NCBI GenBank assembly: GCA_038065555.1
Contig: JBBTQS010000002.1
Coordinates: forward strand, 26,399 to 90,398
Source: Patescibacteria group bacterium
GTDB taxonomy: Bacteria; Patescibacteriota; Patescibacteriia; Magasanikbacterales; JBBTQS01
Reading direction: 5' to 3'
Length of the DNA: 64,000 nt
Positions 1 to 9,812 of this stretch are shown in pieces (within the stretch, counting starts at the first letter, position 1; each line of letters opens with the position of its first letter). The translations under genes were made by a program, and so were the position numbers. A model generated the notes under the pieces. It had not been told where the DNA came from, ran no database searches, and was given only the letters and a program-made list of their open reading frames with translations.

Positions 1-1304
1 AAGCAATTCCAAAGATCAAGGAAGTTACACGTGATGTAAGCATTGATGAAGCGACACTTGCGAAGTTTCGCGAAGAAGTACAGTCTTTTGATGCGCTGCG
101 CGCAAAGGTGCAGACAGTCAATACAACGGACGTTGTTGCGCTTGTGCTCGCAAGTGCGGTGAATAATCGCGCTTCTGACGTGCACGTTGAGGCGGAAAAA
201 GAGGGGATTGCGATTCGATTGCGATTGGACGGTGTGCTGCAGGATGTGGCAACGGTGGATGCTTCGCGATGGAAGCAGATTATTTCGCGTATCAAATTGA
301 TCTCTGGTCTCAAAATCAACGTGACCGACAAGCCACAAGATGGACGATTTACCATTCGTATTGATGGAGTGGAAGTTGATGTGCGTGTTTCGACGATTCC
401 AACGGTATTTGGTGAGTCTGTTGTAATGCGATTGCTGCGTCCGATGACAGACAAAATTACAGTGGAGAGTATGGGATTTGCAGGCAAGGCGCTTGCTGAC
501 CTCACCGCAGCGATGAACAAGCCTAATGGCATGATCATCACGACTGGTCCTACTGGTTCTGGTAAAACAACGACGTTGTACACGATGTTGCGTCAGCTCA
601 ATACGTCGGATGTGAAGATCATCACACTGGAGGATCCTGTGGAGTACAAGCTCGAAGGCATTGCGCAAAGTCAGATTGACGCATCGCATGATTACACGTT
701 TGCAAAGGGGTTGCGATCAATCTTGCGTCAGGATCCAGATATTGTGATGGTGGGTGAAATTCGTGATTTGGAGACTGCTGAAGTTGCGATTCAGGCTGCA
801 CTTACTGGTCACTTGATGCTCTCTACGATACATACCAATTCTGCCCCAGGCGCGATTCCGCGCTTCTTGTCCATGGGGGTCAAGCCATTCCTGCTTGCGC
901 CTGCGCTCTCGGTAATCATGGGTCAACGCCTTGCTCGCAAATTGTGTGAGAAGTGCAAAGTGCCTGCGGTTCCTGATGCGGCGCAGTTGGCGCAAGCACA
1001 GGAATTGGTCGCTGCTATTTCGCCCAAAAGCGGAGTAACGGTGGATTTGTCGAAGGCTACATGGATGGGTCCAAAGGGATGCGACGCGTGTGGCAACTTG
1101 GGATTCAAGGGGAGAATTGGTATATTTGAGGTACTGGTAATGAGTGATGCGATCAAGGACATTATGGGAACGGCAGATGTGCCGGAGCATCATGTCTTGC
1201 GTGTCGCGGTCGAAGAGGGAATGGTGCCGATGATAACTGACGGCATTATCAAAGCAAGTCAAGGTGTTACTACCATTGACGAAGTGTTGCGAGTCGCTGC
1301 GTGA
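1..1304 (+). CDS. pilB: Type IV pilus/T2SS assembly ATPase (PilB/GspE family), 5'-truncated by window edge
   Basis: ASDVH, PQDGR, Walker A GPTGSGKTTT, EDPVE, LRQDPD, STIHTN and tetracysteine motifs; frame is open back to position 3. Confidence 0.9.
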   Translation, partial: AIPKIKEVTRDVSIDEATLAKFREEVQSFDALRAKVQTVNTTDVVALVLASAVNNRASDVHVEAEKEGIAIRLRLDGVLQDVATVDASRWKQIISRIKLISGLKINVTDKPQDGRFTIRIDGVEVDVRVSTIPTVFGESVVMRLLRPMTDKITVESMGFAGKALADLTAAMNKPNGMIITTGPTGSGKTTTLYTMLRQLNTSDVKIITLEDPVEYKLEGIAQSQIDASHDYTFAKGLRSILRQDPDIVMVGEIRDLETAEVAIQAALTGHLMLSTIHTNSAPGAIPRFLSMGVKPFLLAPALSVIMGQRLARKLCEKCKVPAVPDAAQLAQAQELVAAISPKSGVTVDLSKATWMGPKGCDACGNLGFKGRIGIFEVLVMSDAIKDIMGTADVPEHHVLRVAVEEGMVPMITDGIIKASQGVTTIDEVLRVAA

Positions 1305-1341
1305 CGAAACTTTTTTGATCATTTTTGGAGGGAATTTGTAT

Positions 1342-2682
1342 ATGGCACCACGAAAAAAAATGGATGAGGTAGAGGATATCTTCGCACCAAGTAGCGCCAA
1401 ACGCGTGAAGATTCCAAAGCGTACTACGAGTAGTGCGCGTGCTGAGGCGCCTCGCCCAGAACGTCACACGATTGTATTACAGAGCATGACCGAGGATCGT
1501 GCGCGACGCGAAGAGCGCACCACACGTCCTATGCAAAATCACATTGCGCTCTATCGCAACATTGCGCTGGGGTTCTTTGTGGTGACGTTGTTGTTGCTTG
1601 GTGGGATATTCTTCACATCAGTGCGCAAAGCAACGGTGGATATTACGTACACACCAGCAAAGATTTCGTTCACTGATGTGGTACAGCTGGGGAAGAATCG
1701 TGGACAGGACGGGCGAACCGTTGCAGGAAGTGTGGAGGTGAAGACGGTGACACTCACGAAGACGTATACGCCAAGTGGAAGTGAGAAGTTGGAGATTCCA
1801 ATCACCGGAATAGTACGCATTAAGAATGAAAGTGCGCGCAGTCAGCCACTGGTCAAGACAACACGTCTACTTGCAGCAGATGGCAAGCTCTACCGTCTCA
1901 CCAAGAGCGTTGTAGTGCCTGCTGGTGGCGAGTTGAAGGATGTTGAGGTGTACGCAGACGTTGCTGGTCCTGGGCAAGCAATTGCTGCAGGGACGAATTT
2001 CACTATTCCTGGTTTGTGGGAGCCGGTGCAGAAGAAGATTTATGCGATTGCAGACGCGGAACTCAAGGGTGGTATTGATGAGCGAGGCGTGGTGAGCCAA
2101 TCTGACGTACAAAAAGCAGAAGCGGATATTCGTGCGGCCCTCGTGTCGCAGGCACAAGGAGATGTGCAGAACACGGAGGCAAATGCAGCGTATAATATTT
2201 CAAGTGTGACACTCGATGGGTTGCAGGTAGAGCGTAAAGCAGAGCCGGGAAAGACAGTGGGGCCGTTCGCGATTACAGCGCGCGCAAAGGCAGTTGTAGT
2301 TCGATATAATGGGTCGCAACTTGCAGATCTAGTGCGTGCTCGCATTGCTACGCAACCAGTCGAGCCGTATGCCAAGGTTGATTTCGATGCAGCACAGATG
2401 ACGGTACGCGTAGAATCATATGACACGATTCGTGGTGAAGCGCAGTTGTCTTTGCTCGTGCCGCTGGTAAAAATGCTGCGTGCTGACGCGGGAGCATTGG
2501 CACCAGAACAGTTCGCTGGGAAGACCCGCGAGGATATTGATGCGTTGGTGAAAGAGTTCCAAGGGGTTGAAAATGTCCGAACCGATGTTACATTCTTCCC
2601 ATATTGGATTTCCAAGGTTCCATCGGTGGGCGGCACGGTGGAAGTGCAGCTCCATGTAGTGCCAGAGACCTCGAAAAAATAG
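1342..2682 (+). CDS. Membrane-anchored hypothetical protein with a beta-rich extracytoplasmic part (resembles CPR proteins often labelled baseplate J-like)
   Basis: Charged N-terminus, one TM (IALGFFVVTLLLLGGIFF), FTIPGL and FFPYW motifs; ATG 1342 after GGAGG. Confidence 0.55.
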   Translation: MAPRKKMDEVEDIFAPSSAKRVKIPKRTTSSARAEAPRPERHTIVLQSMTEDRARREERTTRPMQNHIALYRNIALGFFVVTLLLLGGIFFTSVRKATVDITYTPAKISFTDVVQLGKNRGQDGRTVAGSVEVKTVTLTKTYTPSGSEKLEIPITGIVRIKNESARSQPLVKTTRLLAADGKLYRLTKSVVVPAGGELKDVEVYADVAGPGQAIAAGTNFTIPGLWEPVQKKIYAIADAELKGGIDERGVVSQSDVQKAEADIRAALVSQAQGDVQNTEANAAYNISSVTLDGLQVERKAEPGKTVGPFAITARAKAVVVRYNGSQLADLVRARIATQPVEPYAKVDFDAAQMTVRVESYDTIRGEAQLSLLVPLVKMLRADAGALAPEQFAGKTREDIDALVKEFQGVENVRTDVTFFPYWISKVPSVGGTVEVQLHVVPETSKK

Positions 2683-2685
2683 ATA

Positions 2686-2904
2686 CTATTCAATCAGTGT
2701 TGCTTCGTACCCGACCGTGCGGATCCTTTCGATAATTTCTGCGGGGGTGATGAGGTCTGGATCAAAGGTAACGATCGTTTTTTGTGCTGCGTAGTTGGTC
2801 GATGCAGAGATCACGCGTCCTGTGTCTTCAAGTTCTCCATCAATACTCATTGCACAACTTGAGCAGTGCATGCCGACAACGTTGAGCACTATTTTTTGTG
2901 TCAT
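2686..2904 (-). CDS. copZ: Copper chaperone, HMA domain
   Basis: GMHCSSC motif, 72 aa, last gene of the cop operon. Confidence 0.85.
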   Translation of the reverse strand: MTQKIVLNVVGMHCSSCAMSIDGELEDTGRVISASTNYAAQKTIVTFDPDLITPAEIIERIRTVGYEATLIE

Positions 2905-2905
2905 A

Positions 2906-3898
2906 CTAGATGATGGTTATTGTTCCGGTGTACATCCCCATGCTGCAGGCAAAGGTGAGTTTGCCGGGCTTCGTCGGAGCGACGAATGTAACAGTGCTAG
3001 ATTGTCCTGGTGCGACCGTTCTCTGGATACCCAGCTTTGGTATTGTGAATGCTTGAGCGCAAGAATACGCATTGGTATTGTTGAGTCGAACGATCACTAC
3101 TGATCCTGCTTTGACGGAAAAGTTTCTGGGGCTGTACCCAGATGGTTGGATAGTAATGGTAACCTCAGATTGGGGTATGTCTGATGTTGTACTCAGGTTC
3201 TTCGTTGGGCCAGAAAGGTCAACGCCACTGAGAACAAATGCTCCTTTGAGACCGTAAAGTGCGAGGAGGAGAATCGCAACACCCGCAACCTTGAAAAAAC
3301 GTTTCTGGTACGCATCGCCGAGCTTTGTGGCAAAGTACCCAAGGATAAAGAAGAGTGGGGCAGTGCCTGCGACAAATGCGAACAGGATTGCTGCACCGGT
3401 GAGTGGGTTCCCTGTAGCGATCGCAAGCGCCATCATTGCCTGTGTTGTGCCACAAGGAATGAAGACGGTGAACGCGCCAAGGAGGGCTGGTGCGAAGACG
3501 TCCTTGCTCTTCGATTGGTTACGTACGAGTCGGGTAAGAAATTTCGGCGGTTGTAGTGCAAAGTGACGGAAGAATGGATGGACATTGAGCAGGTTGAGTG
3601 CTGTGCCGATCATAAAGATGGCGACAACGAAGAGCATGATTGACTGTGCTTGTACGGAGAGGGTGAACAGTGAACCGAACCAGCCAAGCAAAAATCCGAG
3701 AATCGTGTAGGCAATGAGTTTGGCAAGGAGAAAGTACAAGATAGGCATAGCATTGCCATGCTTGATTCCTTCCTGGAGTCGCTCTTGTTCACGTTGGGAA
3801 ATTGTACTCGCAAGGAGCCCGCCTTGTACCGCAAGACAGGTAAGTCCTCCTGTAATGAGTCCTGTTAAGAAAATAACGAACAAGTTGGTATTCTCCAT
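2906..3898 (-). CDS. DsbD_2/TauE-like membrane protein fused to a C-terminal cupredoxin domain
   Basis: GGLTCLAVQGG and FIPCGTTQAM TM motifs; C-terminal FACSMGMYTG; start taken at MENTN. Confidence 0.8.
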   Translation of the reverse strand: MENTNLFVIFLTGLITGGLTCLAVQGGLLASTISQREQERLQEGIKHGNAMPILYFLLAKLIAYTILGFLLGWFGSLFTLSVQAQSIMLFVVAIFMIGTALNLLNVHPFFRHFALQPPKFLTRLVRNQSKSKDVFAPALLGAFTVFIPCGTTQAMMALAIATGNPLTGAAILFAFVAGTAPLFFILGYFATKLGDAYQKRFFKVAGVAILLLALYGLKGAFVLSGVDLSGPTKNLSTTSDIPQSEVTITIQPSGYSPRNFSVKAGSVVIVRLNNTNAYSCAQAFTIPKLGIQRTVAPGQSSTVTFVAPTKPGKLTFACSMGMYTGTITII

Positions 3899-3900
3899 AC

Positions 3901-6174
3901 TTAGAGTTTTGTGCTTTTGAGACGCAGTGAATTGAGGAGAACGGAAACCGAGCTCAACGCCATAGCAGCACCTGCAAATACAGGGCTGAGCAGCCATCCG
4001 AATATAGGGAAGAACAGACCGCTTGCCACAGGTATGCCGATACCATTGTACACGAATGCCCAGAAAAGATTCTGCTTGATACCACGCATCGTCAATCGGG
4101 AGAGGCGAATTGCTTTGCTGATCTTCGAGATATCGCCGTGGAGTAGCACAATGCCTGCGGATTCGAGAGCAACGTCGGTGCCTGTAGCCATTGCGATGCC
4201 TACATCAGCTTGTGCGAGCGCTGGAGCATCATTAATACCGTCTCCAGCCATGGCCACAATTTCTCCAGCCTTTTGTAGTGCCTTAATCTTGTCCATTTTC
4301 ATTTCTGGCAAGACACCAGCAACAATGTCGGCTATACCCACCTGCGCGCCAACAAAACGCGCGGTGTTCTCTGTATCACCAGTGAGCATCACCACAGTGA
4401 TCCCTAGGTTTTGCAACGCTTGCACTGCATCCTTTGCTTCGGGCTTGATTGCATCGGCTACAAATACTACACCGAGTAACGCCGTTGCTGTCGCGAGCAT
4501 CACGGGAGTTTTGCCTTGTCTGGTGGCGGTATCAATGTAGGATTGATCGAATTTGATTTTCAAGTCATTCATGAGTGTACTGTTGCCTGCCCAGAATGAG
4601 ATGCCTTTGATGGTGCCTGTTACTCCTTTGCCTTTGAGGGCTTCAAACTTTTCTACGGTATGTGTGGCCCATTTCTGCTCCACGGCATACGCCGTGATTG
4701 CGTGTGCGATTGGATGCTCCGATGTGCCTTCGAGAGAGGCAAGGATGGAGAGAATTTCTTCCTCCGTTGCATCGGAAAATGATTGAATGGAAATTAATTC
4801 TGGCTTTCCTTTGGTGAGGGTTCCTGTCTTGTCGACAACCACGGTTGTTACGTGGTGTAGCTTTTCCAGTGATGCTGCGTCTTTGACGAGGATGCCTTCT
4901 GCAGCGCCTTTGCCAACGCCCACGATAACAGCGGTAGGGGTGGCAAGGCCTAATGCGCAAGGGCATGCAATCACAAGAATACCAACGAAGGAAACGAGAC
5001 CGCCGGAGAGTGCCTGTGAAAAGCCGAGATACGATGTACCTACCGCAAGCCATAGCGCGAATGAGAGACAGGCTATTACGATGACAACCGGAACAAATAC
5101 TGACGAAATCTTGTCTGCGAGCGCTTGGATTGGTGCCTTGCTGCCCTGCGCATTTTGCACCATGGTGATGATAGAAGCGAGCATAGTTTCTGCGCCGACT
5201 TTTGTGGCGCGGAAGACGAAGGATCCTGTCGTGTTGATGGTTCCAGCAATGACCGCATCACCTTGCTGTTTTTCCTCGGGGATTGGTTCGCCGGTCACCA
5301 TGGATTCATCGACAAAAGACGAACCTTCAGTGATCACGCCGTCTACAGGGATCTTGGATCCTGGCTTTACAACGACTAGGTCGCCGTGGACTACGGTTTC
5401 GATGGGGACTGTGTGTTCTTTTCCGTCACGGAGCACGAATGCGGATTTTGCCTGTAGGTTGAGGAGTTTTTCGATGGCGTCACCTGTTCGGAGCTTTGCC
5501 TTTGTTTCTAAATACTTTCCAAGTGTAATGAATGCGATGACGATGATTGTAACGTCGTAGTAGTTGTTCTCCACATTGAGAAAGGGACGCAGAGTGTCCT
5601 CGAAGGCGGTAACAGCAAAACTGTAGATGAAGGCTGCTAGTGTACCGATACCAATAAGCGTATCCATGTTTGCTTTGCCATATCGGAAGAAGCGATATAC
5701 GCCCATGAGGTACGGTGTGCCTACAACGAAAAGAGTGTACGTGGCAAAAAGAGGGAGAAGGTGGTGGAAGAATTCCATCCAAACAGGCGGAAGCTTTGGT
5801 ATGGTATTTAGCTGTGCAGCGATATCCCAGGTCATGAGTAACGCACTGAAGATAGCGAGGGGGATCATTGTGAAAACACTTGTCCGGAGGGTAGTAATTT
5901 CTTTCAATTTGTCGTTGCGTGACTGCTGCGCACCGGTATGTAGGGAGTGGTCTTCATTTGTGCTGGTAGCGAATGAGTACCCGAGCGGCTCAACAACCTT
6001 GGAAAGTTGGTGCGGTGTTGTTTTTTCTGTGTCAAAGGTGATGCGGGCGGTTTCGGTGCCATAATTCACATCCACAGCCGTTACTCCCTCGTGTTTCTTG
6101 AGTGTGCGGGTGATGATATTTGCACAGGATGCGCAGTGCATGCCTTTTACTGGGAAGTTTTGTGTGGTTTGCAT
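3901..6174 (-). CDS. copA: Cu(I)-translocating P1B-type ATPase
   Basis: [39 protein letters not shown]...MALSS. Confidence 0.95.
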   Translation of the reverse strand: MQTTQNFPVKGMHCASCANIITRTLKKHEGVTAVDVNYGTETARITFDTEKTTPHQLSKVVEPLGYSFATSTNEDHSLHTGAQQSRNDKLKEITTLRTSVFTMIPLAIFSALLMTWDIAAQLNTIPKLPPVWMEFFHHLLPLFATYTLFVVGTPYLMGVYRFFRYGKANMDTLIGIGTLAAFIYSFAVTAFEDTLRPFLNVENNYYDVTIIVIAFITLGKYLETKAKLRTGDAIEKLLNLQAKSAFVLRDGKEHTVPIETVVHGDLVVVKPGSKIPVDGVITEGSSFVDESMVTGEPIPEEKQQGDAVIAGTINTTGSFVFRATKVGAETMLASIITMVQNAQGSKAPIQALADKISSVFVPVVIVIACLSFALWLAVGTSYLGFSQALSGGLVSFVGILVIACPCALGLATPTAVIVGVGKGAAEGILVKDAASLEKLHHVTTVVVDKTGTLTKGKPELISIQSFSDATEEEILSILASLEGTSEHPIAHAITAYAVEQKWATHTVEKFEALKGKGVTGTIKGISFWAGNSTLMNDLKIKFDQSYIDTATRQGKTPVMLATATALLGVVFVADAIKPEAKDAVQALQNLGITVVMLTGDTENTARFVGAQVGIADIVAGVLPEMKMDKIKALQKAGEIVAMAGDGINDAPALAQADVGIAMATGTDVALESAGIVLLHGDISKISKAIRLSRLTMRGIKQNLFWAFVYNGIGIPVASGLFFPIFGWLLSPVFAGAAMALSSVSVLLNSLRLKSTKL

Positions 6175-6175
6175 A

Positions 6176-6442
6176 TTATGATTTTTTTATGATCCCCATG
6201 ATTTCATCGATCGCCTTTTTCTCTCGGCCTTCACGAATCGCCTGTGCAGCACAGGTATTCAGGTGGTGCTCGAGAATAACATGGTCAGTCTCGCGCAATG
6301 CCTTCTGTACGGCCTTGGACTGGTGAATAATGTCAACGCAGTACGCGCCTTCTTCAACCATTGCTACGATTTTTTTGAGGTGACCGAGTGAAATTTTGAA
6401 GCGGTGTGCGATGCGTTCTTTTTCTGTTTTTGGTTTGTACAT
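6176..6442 (-). CDS. csoR: CsoR/RcnR-family metal-sensing repressor
   Basis: AYCVDIIHQ...HLNTC Cys/His/Cys pattern, first gene of the operon. Confidence 0.9.
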   Translation of the reverse strand: MYKPKTEKERIAHRFKISLGHLKKIVAMVEEGAYCVDIIHQSKAVQKALRETDHVILEHHLNTCAAQAIREGREKKAIDEIMGIIKKS

Positions 6443-6456
6443 GTGTTTTGGTTAAG

Positions 6457-6501
6457 TCTCCCTCTGGGGGATATAGTACGCGTAGTGGAAATCGTTGTCA
6501 A
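6457..6501 (-). promoter_or_regulatory. Sigma70 promoter of csoR-copA with probable CsoR operator
   Basis: Minus strand TTGACA(6501-6496)-17-TACTAT(6478-6473), followed by C/G-tract ATCCCCCAGAGGGAG resembling CsoR operators. Confidence 0.7.
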
Positions 6502-6597
6502 AAGAAGAGATGGTCGAGAACTACATTTTGTTGACAGTGCGAGAAACGGGATGGTACCGTGACGATACGGGATCTCCCGTTTTTTCTTAGATTTGTT

Positions 6598-8343
6598 ATG
6601 CAAGATGAACAGGTGAGCCATTTGCGACATTCACTCGCGCACCTTTTGGCTGCGGCAGTGCTGGAGTTGTATCCGGACACGAAGCGTGCAATTGGTCCGG
6701 CGATTGAAGATGGGTTTTATTATGATTTTGAGTTCTCGACGCCATTGCCAGAGTCTGCACTGCCTACGATTGAGGCAAAGATGCGCGAGATATTGAAGAC
6801 ATGGAGCACCTTCGAGCGACGCGAAGTTACAGCAGATGAGGCTCGTGTGATTTTTGCAGGAAATCCGTACAAGTTGGAATTGATTGAGGAATTCTCGACA
6901 GGTGGGCAGATGCTCACGACGTACACCTCTGGAACGTATGTAGATCTTTGTCGTGGAGGACACACGGAGAATGCGCGAGCAATTGATCCGAAATGTTTTG
7001 CACTTGATCGCGTCGCTGGAGCGTATTGGCGAGGGGATGAGAACAACACCATGCTCACGCGTGTGTATGGATTGGCTTTTGCAACAAAGGATGAACTCGT
7101 GGCGCATCAGGCGATGCTTGTTGAAGCTGCAAAGCGCGATCATCGCAAGTTGGGACAAGAGCTGGATCTTTTTGCATTTAGTCCACTGGTTGGATCTGGA
7201 TTGCCGCTCTTCACGCCGCGCGGAACTATCATGCGCAAGTTGTTGGAAGAATTTGTATGGGATCTCATGCGCCCGTACGGCTATGATCGTGTGACCATTC
7301 CGCACATGGCAAAAGTGGATCTCTACAAGACCAGCGGTCATTGGGACAAATTCCAGGACGATATTTTTCACGTGAAGAGCAAGAAGACGGATGATTTGTT
7401 CATCATGAAGCCGATGAACTGCCCGCACCATACACAGATCTATGCATCGCGACCTCGATCGTATCGTGATTTGCCGTTGCGCTACTCAGAAGTAACAACG
7501 GTGTATCGTGATGAGAATACTGGGCAACTCGCAGGACTCACGCGCGTGCGATCGATTACTCAGGACGATGCGCATATCTTTTGCCGCATGGATCAAATCC
7601 AGCAGGAGGTGGAGAGTGTGTATCAAATTGTCACCAAGTTCTACGAAACTTTTGGCATGTCACTGCGCATTCGGCTCTCCACACACGATCCAGAGAAAAT
7701 GGAAAACTATCTTGGGTCTGATGCGTTGTGGGAGAGTTCTGTAGGAATGCTGCGCGCCATGTTGGAGGAAAAGGGGAAGGCGTATGAGACTGGTGTTGGC
7801 GAAGCAGCGTTCTATGGTCCGAAGATCGATTTCATGGCAAAGGATGCCATTGGTCGTGAATGGCAGCTCGCAACCGTGCAGCTCGACTTCAACCAGCCTG
7901 AGCGGTTTGAACTAGAATACGCGGCAGCTGACGGGACAAAGCAGCGCCCTGTGATGGTGCATCGCGCAATTTCTGGATCGCTCGAGCGGTTCATGGCGGT
8001 GGTTATTGAGCATTACGCTGGAGCATTCCCTGTGTGGCTTGCGCCTGTGCAGGTGCTGTTGTTGCCTGTGGGAGAAGGACATCGTGACGCAGCAAGTGAG
8101 ATTGCTACAGCGTTGAACATGATTGGTATTCGTACAGAAGTTGATCTCTCGGACGAGACCGTTGGTAAGAAGATTCGCGCAGCAGAAAAGAGCAAAGTTC
8201 CGTACATGGTAGTTGTAGGAGATAAGGAAGTTGCTGGCGAGCCATGGCAAGTGCGTCGTCATGGTCAGCCAGAGCAGGTCGCCCTGACACGTGAGGCATT
8301 CACAGAACAGGTGCTGCGGGAATCCAAGGAACGATCCGCGTAA
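6598..8343 (+). CDS. thrS: Threonyl-tRNA synthetase (short form without TGS domain)
   Basis: RHSLAH, DLCRGGH, RDHRKLG, KPMNCP, GEAAFYGPKID, HRAISGSLERF. Confidence 0.97.
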   Translation: MQDEQVSHLRHSLAHLLAAAVLELYPDTKRAIGPAIEDGFYYDFEFSTPLPESALPTIEAKMREILKTWSTFERREVTADEARVIFAGNPYKLELIEEFSTGGQMLTTYTSGTYVDLCRGGHTENARAIDPKCFALDRVAGAYWRGDENNTMLTRVYGLAFATKDELVAHQAMLVEAAKRDHRKLGQELDLFAFSPLVGSGLPLFTPRGTIMRKLLEEFVWDLMRPYGYDRVTIPHMAKVDLYKTSGHWDKFQDDIFHVKSKKTDDLFIMKPMNCPHHTQIYASRPRSYRDLPLRYSEVTTVYRDENTGQLAGLTRVRSITQDDAHIFCRMDQIQQEVESVYQIVTKFYETFGMSLRIRLSTHDPEKMENYLGSDALWESSVGMLRAMLEEKGKAYETGVGEAAFYGPKIDFMAKDAIGREWQLATVQLDFNQPERFELEYAAADGTKQRPVMVHRAISGSLERFMAVVIEHYAGAFPVWLAPVQVLLLPVGEGHRDAASEIATALNMIGIRTEVDLSDETVGKKIRAAEKSKVPYMVVVGDKEVAGEPWQVRRHGQPEQVALTREAFTEQVLRESKERSA

Positions 8344-8363
8344 AGCAGCCAGTTTACAGAAAA

Positions 8364-8403
8364 ATACAAAAGGGGTACCGTTCATTCTGTACCCCTTTTG
8401 TAT
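8364..8403. repeat. 15-bp inverted repeat; terminator-like and probable collapsed family-1 element
   Basis: ATACAAAAGGGGTAC-cgttcattct-GTACCCCTTTTGTAT; centre GGGGTAC-CGTTC-ATTC resembles GGGGTACAACGTTCCATTC. Confidence 0.6.
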
Positions 8404-9333
8404 ATGGAAGCACCTACACTCCCAAAGCTGATAGCCATTGTCGGCCCAACCGCATCGGGAAAAACCAACTTGTCACTTGCTGTTGCCAAAGCCATTGGGG
8501 GTGAAATTATTAATGCGGATTCGCGTCAGTTGTATCGTGGAATGGATATTGGGACAGCGAAGGAGTTGAATGATGGAAGTGTGCCTGGTGCATATGCCGT
8601 GCAAGGAGTTGTCCACCACCTTATTGACATCGCAGATCCGGATCAGGAGATTACGCTTGCGCATTATCAGACGCTTACATTTCGTGCGATTGAAGACATA
8701 ACAGCACGTGGCAAAGTACCAATGCTAGTAGGTGGAACAGGACTCTACGTTCAGGCAATTATTGATAATCTTGATATTCCTCGTGTACCACCCAATGCCG
8801 CACTGCGTCATGAACTCGAGAGCCTGACAACCGAAGCGCTCATGGACATCCTCACTGCTGAAGATCCTGAGGCATCTGAGACTATGGATCCATTCAATCG
8901 TCGCTATATTATTCGTGCGATCGAAATCGTGCGCACAACCGGCGCATCAAATGCGTCACAAAAGAAATGCGGTGAGCCGAAGTGCTGCGTGTTGCTGCTC
9001 GGTGTACAGCGTGATCGGGAAGAACTTGCGGTGCGTATTCATGCACGCATTATGAGCATGCTCGAAGCAGGATTGGTGGACGAGACGAAGCGTCTCATGA
9101 GTAAGTACGGATTTCACCTCTCTGCCATGAGCTCGATTGGGTATTGTGAAATGGAATCATACCTTCGCGGAGAAATTTCGCTCGAAGCGGCGATTGAGCG
9201 CATGGAAGCACGCACTCGCCAGTTCGCACGAAGACAACTCACGTGGTGGCGTCGACCAGGGACGCGGGATGTGGTGTGGGTAGAGTCGGATGCTGAGGCT
9301 ATTGGGTTGGCTGAGAAGTTCTTGCGTGCATAG
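8404..9333 (+). CDS. miaA: tRNA dimethylallyltransferase
   Basis: GPTASGKT, NADSRQLYRGMDIGTAK, VGGTGLY, TRQFARRQLTW. Confidence 0.95.
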   Translation: MEAPTLPKLIAIVGPTASGKTNLSLAVAKAIGGEIINADSRQLYRGMDIGTAKELNDGSVPGAYAVQGVVHHLIDIADPDQEITLAHYQTLTFRAIEDITARGKVPMLVGGTGLYVQAIIDNLDIPRVPPNAALRHELESLTTEALMDILTAEDPEASETMDPFNRRYIIRAIEIVRTTGASNASQKKCGEPKCCVLLLGVQRDREELAVRIHARIMSMLEAGLVDETKRLMSKYGFHLSAMSSIGYCEMESYLRGEISLEAAIERMEARTRQFARRQLTWWRRPGTRDVVWVESDAEAIGLAEKFLRA

Positions 9334-9345
9334 ATTCGCGTAACT

Positions 9346-9514
9346 CCAAAAATAAAGAGTGCTTGGTGCGTCGGGGTACAACGTTCCATTCCCTAACCGG
9401 GAATGGCCGTCTCGTTCTCGGCTGATCGGACAATGTATTACGCCTTGCGGCAAATGCAGCTGGCCGATCAGCCTGCGAAAGCCCCCTCGTGCACCAAGCA
9501 CTCTTTGTTTTTGG
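9346..9514 (+). repeat. Family-1 structured palindromic element, copy A
   Basis: Arms 9346-9370/9490-9514 enclose core 9373-9485 starting GGGGTACAAC; first 49 nt of core identical to 19745-19793. Confidence 0.9.
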
Positions 9515-9599
9515 CGTCGCGCACATCCACGCACCCCAGAGCTTCTGAGTAAGTCTGACAGTGTTTGTGGTATGACACGTCTGTATGAGTGTGCGCGTG

Positions 9600-9772
9600 G
9601 TTACGGGTAGTGTGGTTCCCTCTGTGAAAGGGGGCCAACGGAGGCCGACCGGCCAGCCAGATCCGCCGTTAGGCGATCCGCGTTGTCCGGTCGACCGAGT
9701 TAGAGACCCAATTTCTCGGTTAGAGAAATTGAGGTTGTACCCCGTCACAGAGGGAACCACAGTACCCGTAAC
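9600..9772 (-). repeat. Family-1 structured palindromic element, copy B (inverted, diverged)
   Basis: 28-bp arms 9600-9627/9745-9772 (1 mismatch); minus-strand core GGGGTACAAC...CAATTTCTC-TAACC-GAGAAATTG...GTCTC...GGTCGACCGG. Confidence 0.85.
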
Positions 9773-9812
9773 AATGAATACACCTCATAAAGATGTGTTA
9801 TACTAAAAACCT

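Noticed and set aside
6541-6586. thrS leader hairpin as an anticodon-mimic operator
   Set aside because: The left arm appears to lie within the promoter and there is no CGU in a 7-nt loop
9346-9772. Family 1 as integron attC sites or a CRISPR array
   Set aside because: Conserved AAC/GTT motifs are internal rather than at the stem foot, there is no cassette array or intI, and there is no repeat-spacer periodicity or cas gene
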